Shown here piece after piece: positions 1 to 12,240 of a stretch of 64,000 bases of DNA. The DNA is taken from assembly GCF_006345805.1 (NCBI RefSeq), contig NW_021834405.1, positions 1-64,000 of the forward strand, read 5' to 3'. Both the position numbers and the translations under genes were made by a program. Source of the stretch: Octopus sinensis. Lineage: Eukaryota. Each line of letters begins with the position of its first letter. The first letter of the stretch is position 1. The notes under the pieces are model-generated. The model saw nothing but the letters and a program-made list of their open reading frames with translations, was not told where the DNA came from and made no database searches.

Positions 1-82
1 ATTCCCTGAGCATTATACTAATACATCTGTTTGTTTTGTACACCACCTGTCTTCGTCTTTTGTTTTTTTCGTAAACTCTCCC
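1..82 (+). mobile_element. 3' part of Penelope-like terminal repeat, family P1 (truncated by window start)
   Basis: Near-identical to the part of 7828-8020 and 31716-31903 downstream of the hammerhead motif (cctgagc..ttatactaatacatctgtttg..caccacctgtcttcgtc..cgtaaactctccc). Confidence 0.6.
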
Positions 83-101
83 TAGATAGATAGATAGATA
101 A

Positions 102-135
<34 letters not shown>

Positions 136-1185
136 CGATAGATATAATAATGTAAACACCCAAAATATTCAGATAATCTGTGATCCTTGACGTTAACTTT
201 GATAAGGATATTCAAGGATATTTAGATAATTTTTGGCGGACACTGAACGAGTGTGTGTAAAAAGCTTTCTACGCGTATCTCGGACCAGGCCGACTGACGG
301 TATCTCAGTGCCTGTACTGTTTGTATAGAACCAGCAGTTCCTCTACCTCGATAGCAGAGCCGGGCTATGCATTTATAGAATTTATCTGTGGCGCCTGGTA
401 CACGTTTTCCAGTGTAGTCCAGCCACTTGATTCTTGCTCTTCTCTACCACTGGTCCGAGATAACATACCTGCTTGGAAAGTTCCACGGGCCCCGTTGCTC
501 GACTAGTGGAAGGTTGTGAACGCCTGACATCACTCCAGATGCCATGTGCTCAGTCTTTGTCTTCGTTTGATACAGTTCTGCAGCTTCTTCAAGGAAGGTA
601 GCCGTGGGAAGGTGTGCCTGACGAAAGGTGACCACATCTACTAACTGCCAAAGAATCTTTGTAGGTACTGTAACCTCAGTGCCTGTCTGTGCTACTGCAT
701 ACTGAGTCCTCTATGCAGAGGATGTTGACAGCAGATGGACCATTTGACCAATGGAACGCTTCACTTCCACATGAAATAAAAGAGTAACGTTCCAATATGG
801 CCAGAGACGAACAACACAAAACATGATGGTCAGGTGTGGAATATATGCGTTCCCCATCTCTGTATGACCTTTCAAGCGTAGCTTCCTCTCAGCCTACATC
901 TGGGTGAGACTGGTCACGTTGTTAGTAACCTCATTTCAGTTATTATCCATGTGGAGATCCGGACCAAAACAGACCCCAACCTGCTTATTAGGACCGTTTG
1001 TCCTGCGCTCTACGTTGATTTCCGTGGGATCCGTTTCCATTGCAGAGACTTAATTGGTATTTTATCGGTCGCGAAAGGATGAAATGCAAAGGGGATTTCA
1101 GCTCAGATCCGGAACAGACACTGCAAGGCGTTTTGTCTGACGGTCTAACGATTCTTCCATTCCTCCGCCCGGGGTAATGAATGGT

Positions 1186-1325
1186 ATGCCGGCAGAAACG
1201 TTAGCACGCCGGGCGAAATGCTTAGCAGTATTTCGTTTGTTGTTACGTTCTGAGTTCAAATTCCGCCGAGGTGGACTTTGCCTTTCATCCTTTCGGGGTC
1301 GATAAATTAAGACGATAAGTTCGAT
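1186..1325 (+). mobile_element. tRNA-derived Nin-domain SINE (family A), partial
   Basis: Head ggcagaaacgttagcacgccgggc, B-box-like gagttcaaattcc, Nin-type core gccgaggt..actttgcctttcatcctttcggggtcgataaa; many further copies in window. Confidence 0.8.
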
Positions 1326-1859
1326 CACATCTATTTGACTGGTATTTATTTCACCAATCTCAGAGAGATGAACAATTAAGTAAATCCTGCTATGGTTCGA
1401 AAGGGAGTTTGACTGAATCTGCTAATAATGATAACGATAACAACAATAATAATGTTAATAAGGATGATGATAATGAAGTTGATGGCAACGTCAGCGACGG
1501 CGGTGGTGGTGGTGATGAAAATAAATTTGACTTTATAGCAGATTTTTCGCATTATGTGTGAGCAGGAAGGACTAATCGAATAGAGCAACCCCATTAATTA
1601 ACTGGTATTAATATTTATTGATTTTAGAAAGAAAAGGGACAACGTAATACTCCTCCCGGCAAGAAATTGAACTCCTAACATAGAGAGATGTTACGAAAGA
1701 TTGCGAGACCTTTTGCCGACAATCTATCAACTCTGAGAAGAAAAAACAACAATAACGACAATCCTAGCCTTTTAAATCATATGCAAATATGCCAAGTAAC
1801 ACATATATATGTATGTGAGTGTATGCCTCTGTGTGTGTGTGTTTGTGTGTGAGTGTGTG

Positions 1860-1914
<55 letters not shown>

Positions 1915-2350
1915 TGTTTGTGCAAACAGCAAAACATACAGAAAGCAGTGTTTAGCTGTATTAAAGGAAAAGTAGCGAGCATGAACACAGATGAATATAA
2001 ATTGAAAATAAAACAAGTGCTTAAGAGATAAAAGAGCGTAACGGAAATGAGAAAGTGATGTGTGGAAAGTTGGAGCGACCACGTGGAGAGATAGAAAAGA
2101 CGATAACTTCCGTGTAGCCATTTTGAATATGGCTGCGGTCATCAGATTCGCAGAAGGACAGGTTTTGTAACTGTCTGAAAAATCCGATTAGATGAGTTGA
2201 TAATGCTGGAGGTTACAAAATTGCCTTTGGCATTTATTTATGGCAAACGCATTCGTGAATAGATGTGCATACTTGCAAATACACAGCCTTCAGTTTATAT
2301 TGTTTGTATCGCTGTCTCTCCCTCTGTATGATATCTATATGTATGAATGG

Positions 2351-2381
<31 letters not shown>

Positions 2382-2419
2382 ATATATATATAATATATAT
2401 ATATACATACATACATATA

Positions 2420-2452
<33 letters not shown>

Positions 2453-2557
2453 ATTATATATATATTATATATATATAATATACATACATACATACATATA
2501 TATATATACATACACATATAAATATATATGTATGTGTGTGTGTGTGTGTATATGTAT

Positions 2558-2591
<34 letters not shown>

Positions 2592-3416
2592 GTGTATGTG
2601 TGTACATGAGTAGATCTACTTTACTGTCTCAAATTTGTGCAAATTTGTCTCTCACTCACTCACTCACTCATCTACTCTCTCGCTCACTCTCTCTATCTAA
2701 CTCTCTGTCTATGTGTATGTATATATATGTGTGTGTGTGTGTGGCTGTGTTTGTGAGTATGTGCGTGTGTCACAGCTCATAGATTTTATAGAACATATGA
2801 CATTGTTTGACGATATTTTTGCAGTGTAGTTTCGTGAGAGACCAATTATCATGTATTGTTTAAACACGCTGTCAAGACTACGTTAAATCCGAGGGCATCT
2901 GCTGAGTAAGATAAGATCTTTAAACAGAAGAGGCAAAGTTTAGTCGATATTTTGATGAGGCCGTGGATATAATACAACTGACAGAAAAAGTAAACAACTC
3001 TCATTACAAAGTGTTGGGGGTGGGCGCGAGAAATTTAAGAGGAAAATCATGAACAACATCCTAAATTCTTTCTCAACCAGTAACATCTTACTCATTCACG
3101 CATCTCAACATCAATCGTCATTCTTTGTTGTCTGGTGTTTTATATTAAGTTTTTTTTTCTATCTCTCAATATTTTACGCCTATCTATTACTTCAACTATG
3201 AAACCGCAGTGGACAATAATAGTGGCTTTATGATTGGACAGGAAGATCGTTTTATACAAAAGAGTACATATGTATACATATATACATGTACGTAATAATA
3301 CATACATACATCATACATACATACATACATGAATACATACATACATACATACATATATATATATGATATTATATATATATAATATATATATACATATATA
3401 TACATACATTATTATA

Positions 3417-3471
<55 letters not shown>

Positions 3472-3492
3472 CATATGTATATATATATATAT

Positions 3493-3688
3493 CACCTTGA
3501 TCACCTTGGCCGACCAGTCCGTCAGGCGTCCATTTGACAGCGCTGGTCACAGCACGCTGTCCACTCTCTCTGGATCGTGCCTTTCTCATCCACGTGATCC
3601 CAATCGTCCTCCTGAAATCGTAACTCCACCGTCGTGGAGGTCTCCGGGTGGTCTTTTCCGCTCGCGCGGGTACCACTCGACAACTGCA
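3493..3688 (-). mobile_element. RTE-clade LINE 3' end fragment within (TA)n
   Basis: Minus strand reads, with frameshifts, EWYPRERKRPPGRPPRRWSYDFRRTIGITWMRKARSR..W, matching the RTE C-terminal W.P...R..GRP..RW pattern; short repeated tail caaggtgat x2. Confidence 0.75.
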
Positions 3689-3933
3689 TGATATATATAT
3701 ATATACATATATACATATATATATATATACATATTATATATATATATATATATATATACTATATATATATTATATAATATATATATATATTATATATAAT
3801 TGATCAAAATAAAAACATGATGCGAAGGATTCAGCGGTACATATGTTTCGGGCCTTTATTAGACAGATTTATAACAGATTTATAACAGATTTATAACATT
3901 CACCCCGAATTTCTCTCTCTCTCTCTCTCTATA

Positions 3934-3963
<30 letters not shown>

Positions 3964-3967
<4 letters not shown>

Positions 3968-5222
3968 GGTCGTTCAATAAGTAATGTCTCTGGTCCACTT
4001 GCAGTTTGTTGATCTAGCTGAAATTTTGCATGTGCAATTATTGATATCTCTATAGATTAAGTGGCAAATTACAGCTCTGAACTAATTGTGGTTTCTGATT
4101 TACAGGTGTTTGAACTGAGTCAAGTGTGAAATGGAGCCTGTTGAGTGTCGAACAGTGATCCGGTTTTTGTATTTGAAAGGACGCACACCACGGGAGACTT
4201 TTGCTGAAATGAAAGTAACTTATGGTGATGATGCCCCATCATATGACCTTGTAAAATGCTGGCATCGTGAATTCAGACATGGTCGGAACTCTGTGGAAAC
4301 AGCTCCCAGATCTGGTCGCCCCACTTCTGCCATTGATGAGGTATCTGTCCGTCAAGTTGAGGCTGCCATTTTGGAAGATCGACGCATAACTATTCGCCAA
4401 ATAGTCTATGAGGTCAAGATTAGTACTGGGTCTGTGGAAACTATCATTCATGACTATTTGCATATGTAAAAGGTGTCTGCCAGATAGATTTCCAGGTTGC
4501 TCACACCTTTCCAGAAGCAAGAACGCGTCGAGTGCTCGAGGATGAATTTTGAGATGTGCCAAGAAGATGAGTCAAACTTTTTCAAAAGACTGATTACACA
4601 GGATGAAACCTGGGTCCATCACTATGATCCAGAGACCAAAACCCAGTCAATGCAATGAAGCACCGTGACTCACCTCCTCCAAAGAAGGCAAGTGTGCAGC
4701 CCTCCACTGGCAAGATCATACTCACAATCTTCTGGGACCAGGACGGAGTAATGATGACAGATTTCCTGGCAAAGGGTACCACAATTACAGGAGCCTATTA
4801 TGCTTCACTTTTGAGGAAATTAAGAGGAGCTATCAAAATCAAGAGGCGGGGCAAACGCTCCGGTCCACAACTCGCGTGTCGCCAGATCAGAAGCACAGGC
4901 GTGCGGCTATGAACTCCTCCCCCATCCCCCTACTCTCCTGACCTTGCACCCTCTGATTTTCATCTCTTCCCAGCCATGAATTTGTTTTTGAAAGGAAAGC
5001 GTTTCCCAGATGATGCAGCCTTGATTTCTGAAGTTACGTCGTGGCTGGAGGACCAAGCTGGGGTCTTCTACAAAAACGGTCTCCAGAGCTGCATCAAACG
5101 ATGGGAGAAATGCGTAACTCTGGGTGGTTCCTATGTAGAAAAAGACTAATAACTGCGCCAAGTTTCGTTGCTCTACTGCTATGGGAAGTGGGTCAGGGGC
5201 ATTACTTATTGAACGCCCCTCG
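3964..5222 (+). mobile_element. mariner (DD34D) DNA transposon, copy 1, about 1.26 kb
   Basis: Imperfect ~37-bp TIRs (tgagggtcgttcaataagtaatgtctctggtccactt / aagtgggtcaggggcattacttattgaacgcccctcg), TA-repeat flanks, internal transposase. Confidence 0.95.
4131..5149 (+). pseudogene. mariner transposase pseudogene
   Basis: N-terminal HTH (RTVIRFLYLKG, PRSGRP), DETWVHHY and YSPDLAPSDFHLF motifs; premature stops near 4467, 4485 and 4656; ~31-bp deletion at 4854 removes the second catalytic Asp. Confidence 0.92.
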
Positions 5223-5424
5223 TGTATATATATATATATTATATATATATATATATATAGTATATATATAAATTGATCAAAATAAAAACATGATGCGAAG
5301 GATTCAGCGGTACATTGTTTCGGGCCTTTATTAGACAGATTTATAACAATTTATAACAATTTATAACAATTCACCACCCCGAATTTCTCATATATATATC
5401 TCTATATATATATATATATATATA

Positions 5425-6703
5425 TGAGGTCGTTTCAATAAGTATGTCTCTGGTCCACTTGCAGTTTGTTGATCTAGCTGAAATTTTGCATGTGCAATTA
5501 TTGATATCTCTATAGATTAGTGGCAAATTACAGCTCTGAACTAATTGTGGTTTCTGATTTACAGGTGGTTGAAACGAGTCAAGTGTGAAATGGAGCCTGT
5601 TGAGTGTCGAACAGTGATCCGTTTTTTGTATTTGAAAGGACGCACACCACGGGAGACTTTTGCTGAAATGAAAGTAACTTATGGTGATGATGCCCCATCA
5701 TATGACTTGTAAAATGCTGGCATCGTGAATTCAGACATGGTCGAACTCTGTGGAAACAGCTCCCAGATCTGGTCGCCCCACTTCTGCCATTGATGAGGTA
5801 TCTGTCCGTCAAGTTGAGGCTGCCATTTTGGAAGATCGACGCATAACTATTCGCCAAATAGTCTATGAGGTCAAGATTAGTACTGGGTCTGTGGAAACTA
5901 TCATTCATGACTATTTGCATATGTAAAGGGTGTCTGCCAGATAGATTTCCAGGTTCCAGTTGCTCACACCTTTCCAGAAGCAAGAACGGCGTCGAGTGCT
6001 CGAGGATGAATTTTGAGATGTGCCAAGAAGAGGTCAAACTTTTTCAAAAGACTGATTACACAGGATGAAACCTGGTCCATCACTATGATCCAGACCAAAA
6101 CCCAGTCAATGCAATGAAGCACCGGTGACTCACCTCCTCCAAAGAAGGCAGTGTTCAGCCCTCCACTGGCAAGATCATACTCACAACTTCTGGGACCAGA
6201 CGAGTAATGATACAGATTTCCTGGCAAAGGGTACCACAATTACAGGAGCCTAGTTATGCTTCACTTTTGAGGAAATTAAGAGAAGCTATCAAAATCAGAG
6301 GCGGGGCAAGATCAGCAAAGGTATCCTCCTCCTGGAGGACACGCTCCGGTCCACAACTCGCGTGTCCGCAGATCAGAAGCACAGGCGTGCGTCTTGAACT
6401 CCTCCCCCATCCCCCTACTCTCCTGACCTTGCACCCTCTGATTTTCATCTCTTCCCAGCCATGAATTTGTTTTTGAAAGAAAGCGTTTCCCAGATGATGC
6501 AGCCTGATTTCTGAAGTTACGTCGTGCTTGGAGGACCAAGCTGGGGTCTTCTACAAAAACGGTCTCCAGAGCTGCATCAAACGATGGGAGAAATGCGTAA
6601 CTCTGGGTGGTTCCTATGTAGAAAAAGACTAAAACTGCGCCAAGTTTCGTTGCTCTACTGCTATGGGAAGTGGGTCAGGGGCATTACTTATTGAACGCCC
6701 CTC

Positions 6704-6704
<1 letters not shown>
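5425..6704 (+). mobile_element. mariner copy 2 (tandem duplicate of copy 1, many 1-bp indels)
   Basis: Colinear with 3964-5222, same TIRs and premature stops, same upstream flank (5271-5390 matches 3798-3915). Confidence 0.93.
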
Positions 6705-6746
<42 letters not shown>

Positions 6747-6761
6747 ATATATAATATATAA

Positions 6762-6960
6762 TCTTTTACTTGTTCAATCATTGTACTGCGGCCATGCTGG
6801 GGCACTGCCTTGACCTTGAAAGCTTTAGTCGAACAAAAAGACCCAAGTACTCATTTCTAAGTCTGGCACTTATTCTATTGGTCACTCCTTTAACGGGGAC
6901 ATAACCAAACTAACAGCAGTTGCCAAAGAGTGTATGGAGGACAAACAAGAAGACACACAC
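6762..6960 (-). mobile_element. SINE family B, 3' half, degenerate
   Basis: Reverse complement of tail gtgccccagcatggccgcagt..tgattgaacaagtaaaaga and gaataagt segment. Confidence 0.65.
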
Positions 6961-6984
6961 ACACATCTCTCTCTCTCCTCTCTT

Positions 6985-7051
<67 letters not shown>

Positions 7052-7094
7052 TTCTCTCTCTCTATCTCATACATACATACATACATACATACAT

Positions 7095-7142
<48 letters not shown>

Positions 7143-7147
7143 TTGTA

Positions 7148-7696
7148 TGTGTAAAGTAACAGTTTAGAAAAAAAACAATTGGTTTTTTTTTTCTCATATC
7201 AAGTGTATAGTAGACATCTTTTCAGTTTCTCTAAACGATAACTGTTCTCTGCAAAGAAGGTTTTTTTTAAAGACAAGAACGCCGGTCACAGTTCAAGAAA
7301 TATTCCTGTTAAAAAATACTCCTGTTAAAAAATTATTGCCGGGTGAGTTGTATTCTTTTGCTTGATAGCTAGGTTTTCCAATTTTGAAGTAAAAATTTCC
7401 AAAAATGTGGACCACTCCCCACGGCTTCTTTCCTGGAGTTCAGGTAGCCTCCTGGCTCATGTGAGTTCATAAGGATTATATATTTTTACTTCAAAATTGG
7501 AAAACCTAGCTATCAAGCGAAAGAAGACAACTCACCCGGCCACTGTTTTTTTAAGAGGAATACTTCTTGAACTGTCACCGGCATTAAAAAAAAACATTCT
7601 CTGCAGGGAACAATCGTTTAGAGAAACTGAAGATATGTCTAGTTCACGCTAGATACGAAACGAATGGTATTTTTTTCTAAACTATTACTTTACACA
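7148..7696. mobile_element. Foldback/MITE-like element with ~215-250-bp inverted arms
   Basis: 7148-7397 is the reverse complement of 7482-7696 (e.g. gcttgatagctaggttttccaattttgaagtaaaaat / atttttacttcaaaattggaaaacctagctatcaagc); ~85-bp spacer. Confidence 0.8.
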
Positions 7697-7775
7697 GGCA
7701 AAAATAAACAACTGCTCTATATTTTATAAGGTAGGCTCTTCTCCTGATTTATGAACGCTCAGAGATTTATTATTG

Positions 7776-7819
<44 letters not shown>

Positions 7820-7827
7820 GTATATAC

Positions 7828-8020
7828 GCCATGACAGATCGTTAGCCACTACACACATTTTTTTCTCTCCTTGTTTCTCTCCTTGTTTTTTCTGTGTCCC
7901 TTTCTGTAGAAGAGCGTAGGCTCGAAACGTAAAAGACTTTTTCTATTCCTGAGCGTTATACTAATACATCTTTGTTTTGTGCACCACCGGTCTTCGTCTT
8001 TTGTTTGTTTCGTAAACCTA
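7828..8020 (+). mobile_element. Penelope-like terminal repeat, family P1
   Basis: Repeated at 1-82, 18486-18656 (-) and 31716-31903; flanked by TA repeats; carries a minimal hammerhead. Confidence 0.65.
7900..7935 (+). ncRNA. Minimal type I hammerhead ribozyme variant (core CUGUAGA)
   Basis: CUUU-CUGUAGA-A-GAGC-guag-GCUC-GAA-ACGU-A-AAAG: stem I CUUU/AAAG, stem II GAGC/GCUC, palindromic ACGU stem III, GUA triplet. Confidence 0.65.
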
Positions 8021-9741
8021 TATATATATACATATACATTTACACACACAAAATAGTTAGTTGTAAAATCTCAAGAAAAGATCAGAGTGGTAACTATACT
8101 AACAAGTAAAGTTAATCGCCACATCAAAGTGGATGTTCCATGTTACTATTCGTTTAACCTCAGGCAGATCTTCCGCCAGCTGGTTATCGGTGCTGCACTG
8201 CATTCCATATATTGCTACAGGGGCGGGGAACCTCTACCATCCTGTAACAGACAACAGGATCGCGAGACTGAATCAGTTTCCAGCTGGTTGGCTCATCCTA
8301 ACATTTTCGTGACCTTCTCACGCGAGTGTCATGTGATCATAATACGTGAACGTTGATTGATAAATTCGTACATTAACGGATAGAGTTCTGGGCCACATTT
8401 CTTTATAGCAACAAGAATAGACATAATTCGTGAAACAACACTTTACTCTATACATTTTGGGAAATCTATTGGGAAACCGTCAAATGTATTCTTATATTTT
8501 AAAAAATTGTGAAATTCTAAGGAATTCTAATTTATTCTGTGTGCATGTATGCATGTTCAACTTTATTCCTTCTATTCATCTACTCGTTTAGATTTATAAC
8601 AAGTTATATATATATATATACATAAGGGAAGAATTCATTGTGTGACGACCCCTGTTTTGAGAGGGTATAACCAAGGTAATATATTTTTCCAAAACAAAAG
8701 TGTAAAAATATGCGGTTGTATCCTAAGATATGGGTATTGGCGCATGGTAGACTTTATTATTACTCGTACTTGTGACCAACAAGATATTGTACTGTTATGG
8801 CCATGAGAGGCATGAGTACATGAGTACATTGCCTTATGGAGGCCTCTTTTAAAATCGACCTCAAAGTCAAAATTAAGCCTTCAGTCACTCGTCCTCGCAA
8901 GCGTATAAAAAGCATCTAAACTTAGAGAGTCTGTTACATAAAGGTAGGTTGAGAAAAGACTCAACAATTGCTAGCCCCTAATAACGTTTACTTAGTCTCT
9001 AAATTTAATCCCTTTGTTACCTCTATTGAAATCCTTAAACGCGAAGAAAGAAAACAAGACAGGTTTGATAATAGCTTGTACCATTTCAGCTCTTTTATAC
9101 ACATGTTCAGTATGGGTAGTCATCCACAAATCTTGCAGAGTTTCCACTAATACTACTTACGCAGACTTTTGAATAAAAATTGGACATCCATTACATCAAA
9201 CAAATCTTTTGGGAACGTCACATTCCAAGCATAGAAAGTATTTTTCTTATGTATCGTCTTCGATGGTGCAGATGCTTTGTTAGAATGGCTGATCATCGCA
9301 CCTAAAAACAAATATTTTACGTTCAAATTTTTGGGTCATACAGCACATTCTACTATGAAACACCTCTAGGACTTGAGCGCGAATCATGCACTTCGTTGTA
9401 ACACTGAAAAAAATTCGTAATCTAAACAAGTTATGATGGCAAATGATTGGGAAAAATGCGCAATTGCTCTCAAGAGAACATCAAAGCTGCACCAACAGAG
9501 GTGCCAAATCCTACAAACAGGACAATATTGCAGGGGCACAAAGGGAACACGAACTGTGCAAGTCCAAAGCCTGCTTCTCGCCTTCAGTCCAAGCAGACCA
9601 CTAAGGCTCGAGTTTACTGAACACACATCGGACTAAATGGCCACAACTGGACACACCATGCTCCGTTTTTTTTCCTCCCATATGATGTGCTACGTCATCT
9701 TCGACAACGACGAACGAACAACGGATGTGTGCGTATGCGTA

Positions 9742-9798
<57 letters not shown>

Positions 9799-11137
9799 TC
9801 ATTTGATATTTCACTTACACTATATCAAAAGTGATATTTACGTTTAAAAATTTGTCACATGAGAAATGTTTCATTATTTCCCCTAAGTACGTTGCCTAAA
9901 ACAAAAATTATAAATCATGACAGGGTTTGGACCAGATAAGGGACTTTATGTTTTCGATGTGCGCGTGTTTGTATATTTGTGAGCGTATGTATATAAGCGT
10001 GTGTGTATTTTTTTGTTTAAATGTACACAACTCGGTCTTTTAGAATGTATATGTGTATTTAAACCTGCATGTGCTACTGAATAGCTTGAGCTTTTGTGTG
10101 TAGTTTTATACAGCTAACGCTTCTTTGTGTATGCATGCATATATGTATGTATTGTATGTTTGTATGTGTATCTATGTTTGTATGTATGTATGTTTGTTTG
10201 TATGTATACGTACGTAAAAGACGATATACAGCCGTGTGTAAAATAAATAGATAGGATAATTGATAGATAAATAGATAAATAGATAAATAGATAAATAAAT
10301 GAATGTAATAGAGAGATATAAGGATTAGCACCAGAGCGGAGCATTCACCATCTGTTGCTAAACGACGGCTTCCAAGATTTGAAACAACTACTTGTGGGTC
10401 ATTTTGCCATCCTGCGCCAACGTTGCTTCTTTTTCTTCTCACCACCTTCGCCCGCCCGCCTGCCCCCCGCTCTCTGTCTCTTTCTCTCGCTGTTTTTCTT
10501 CCTTTTCTCCCTCTTCCTTCTTTACTGAACGCCCTGTAAAGAAATATTAGTTCAAGGAAGAAGAGTAATGGATTCAATCTATTATATTCTACATATATTT
10601 ATTACACTTAATGCCCTCATCAGACTGAGCTTCATCGAGTGTAGAGCAGTATCTGGTCTACATCTGTTGCAAACACATATTTGTTGTTGTTTCATTTTTT
10701 TTATTTATAATTTATTATTTGTTTTCTATTTACTTTCTCGATCTCTCACTGCGTTTCGTATTCCTCGCTTTTTTTCTTTTTGTTTTATTTTTACAGTAAT
10801 CTTAAAATACTTCTCTAAAAATAATGAGTTCTTAATTAGGCATGAAGGCATGCGATTAAGAAGATGTTTAGAAGAGAGAGAGAGAGAGGTGGGAGAGAGA
10901 GAGAGAGGGAGAGCGCGCGAATGAAATAGATGTTTGTGACATTCGTTTCTCACAGTACATGGACACCAACATGAGCAAACGAGGTAATCTCTTGGTGGTC
11001 GGTTTTCACGTTAGAAATAGTTGCTAAATCTCTCTTTTATCGTATCATTTTGAGTAGGTCGCAATTGCCAGGAGGCATTTGTTTACTTTCCACTGAAAGG
11101 GAATCATAATTTTCAGAACTCAAGAATTAATCGCACC

Positions 11138-11174
<37 letters not shown>

Positions 11175-11459
11175 CACACACACACACACACACGCACACA
11201 CGTATATATCATACTTCATTTATATGTGTTTTTGATTTTTGAGTTTTTGAAATTGAAAACACTGACTTCAAAACCAGAAGTCATCGCTGGCAGAAAGACA
11301 CACAAAGAAAGAAAAAGAAAATAAACGATGTAGTGTTGTAGCTATTTTGTAGGCAATTAATAGTTTAAATAGTTCAAATAGTTTCAATAAGGAATAAAAA
11401 CCAGACTTATTCTTGAGTGATTATTATAACAATATCAGAAATGCACACACGTGTTTGTG

Positions 11460-11688
11460 TGTCTGTGTGTGTATGTGTTTGTGTGTGTGTGTTTGTCCCC
11501 CTAGCATTGCTTGACAACCGATGCTGGTGTGTTTACGTCCCCGTCACTTAGCGGTTCGGCAAAAAGAGACTGATAGAATAAGTACTGGGCTTACAAAGAA
11601 TAAGTCCCGGGGTCGATTTGCTCGACTAAAGTCAGTGCTCCAACATGGCCGCAGTCAAATGACTGAAACAAGTAAAAGAGTAAAGAGT
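11460..11688 (+). mobile_element. SINE family B, 3' half
   Basis: Near-identical to 32145-32348. Confidence 0.8.
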
Positions 11689-11868
11689 ACAAGTTTAAAT
11701 TTGCTGGAAATAGCGGTAAAATATTTACTAAATAACATCCCCTTCTATCTTGTTAAATTGATGTTACAGTTCCAGAAATCTCTGCCTGAGAAAAAATGGT
11801 AAATTGGTTATAGATGATAGATTGATAGATTCGTTGATCAAGCTTGGGTCGAAACAGCAACAACAAGT

Positions 11869-12240
11869 GGAGGCGCAATGGCCCAGTGGTTAGGGCAGCA
11901 GACTCGCGGTAGGAGGATCGCGGTTACGATTAGCAGACCGGGCGTTGTGTGTGTTTATTGAGGGAAACACCTAAAGCTCCACGAGGCTCTGGTAGGGGGT
12001 GGTTGCGATCCCTGTTGTACTCTTTCGCCCCAACTTTCTCTCACTCTTTCTTCCTGTTTCTTGTCCCCGACTTCCTACGCAACCACTGAGCTTGGATGCG
12101 CATTCATCCATCCGTCCATGCTCTCGGTGTCGGGGGTTGACCTGCTTTCTCTTCTGCGAGTCTTACGAATAGCAAAGGACCACGTTTCGGACTTCTCTCA
12201 CTACAGAAGACCGCTTTGCTCAACAGCAACAGCAACAACA
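11869..12240 (+). mobile_element. tRNA-derived SINE family C, tail type i
   Basis: Head ggaggcgcaatggcccagtggttagg (A box) and ggttacgatt (B-box-like); second copy at 43320-43676 (-); ends in (caacag)n. Confidence 0.8.

Noticed and set aside
12062-12185. HDV-like ribozyme in SINE C tail i
   Set aside because: ccccgac/gtcgggg pairing is present, but I could not assign consistent P2, P3, P1.1 and catalytic C in both copies
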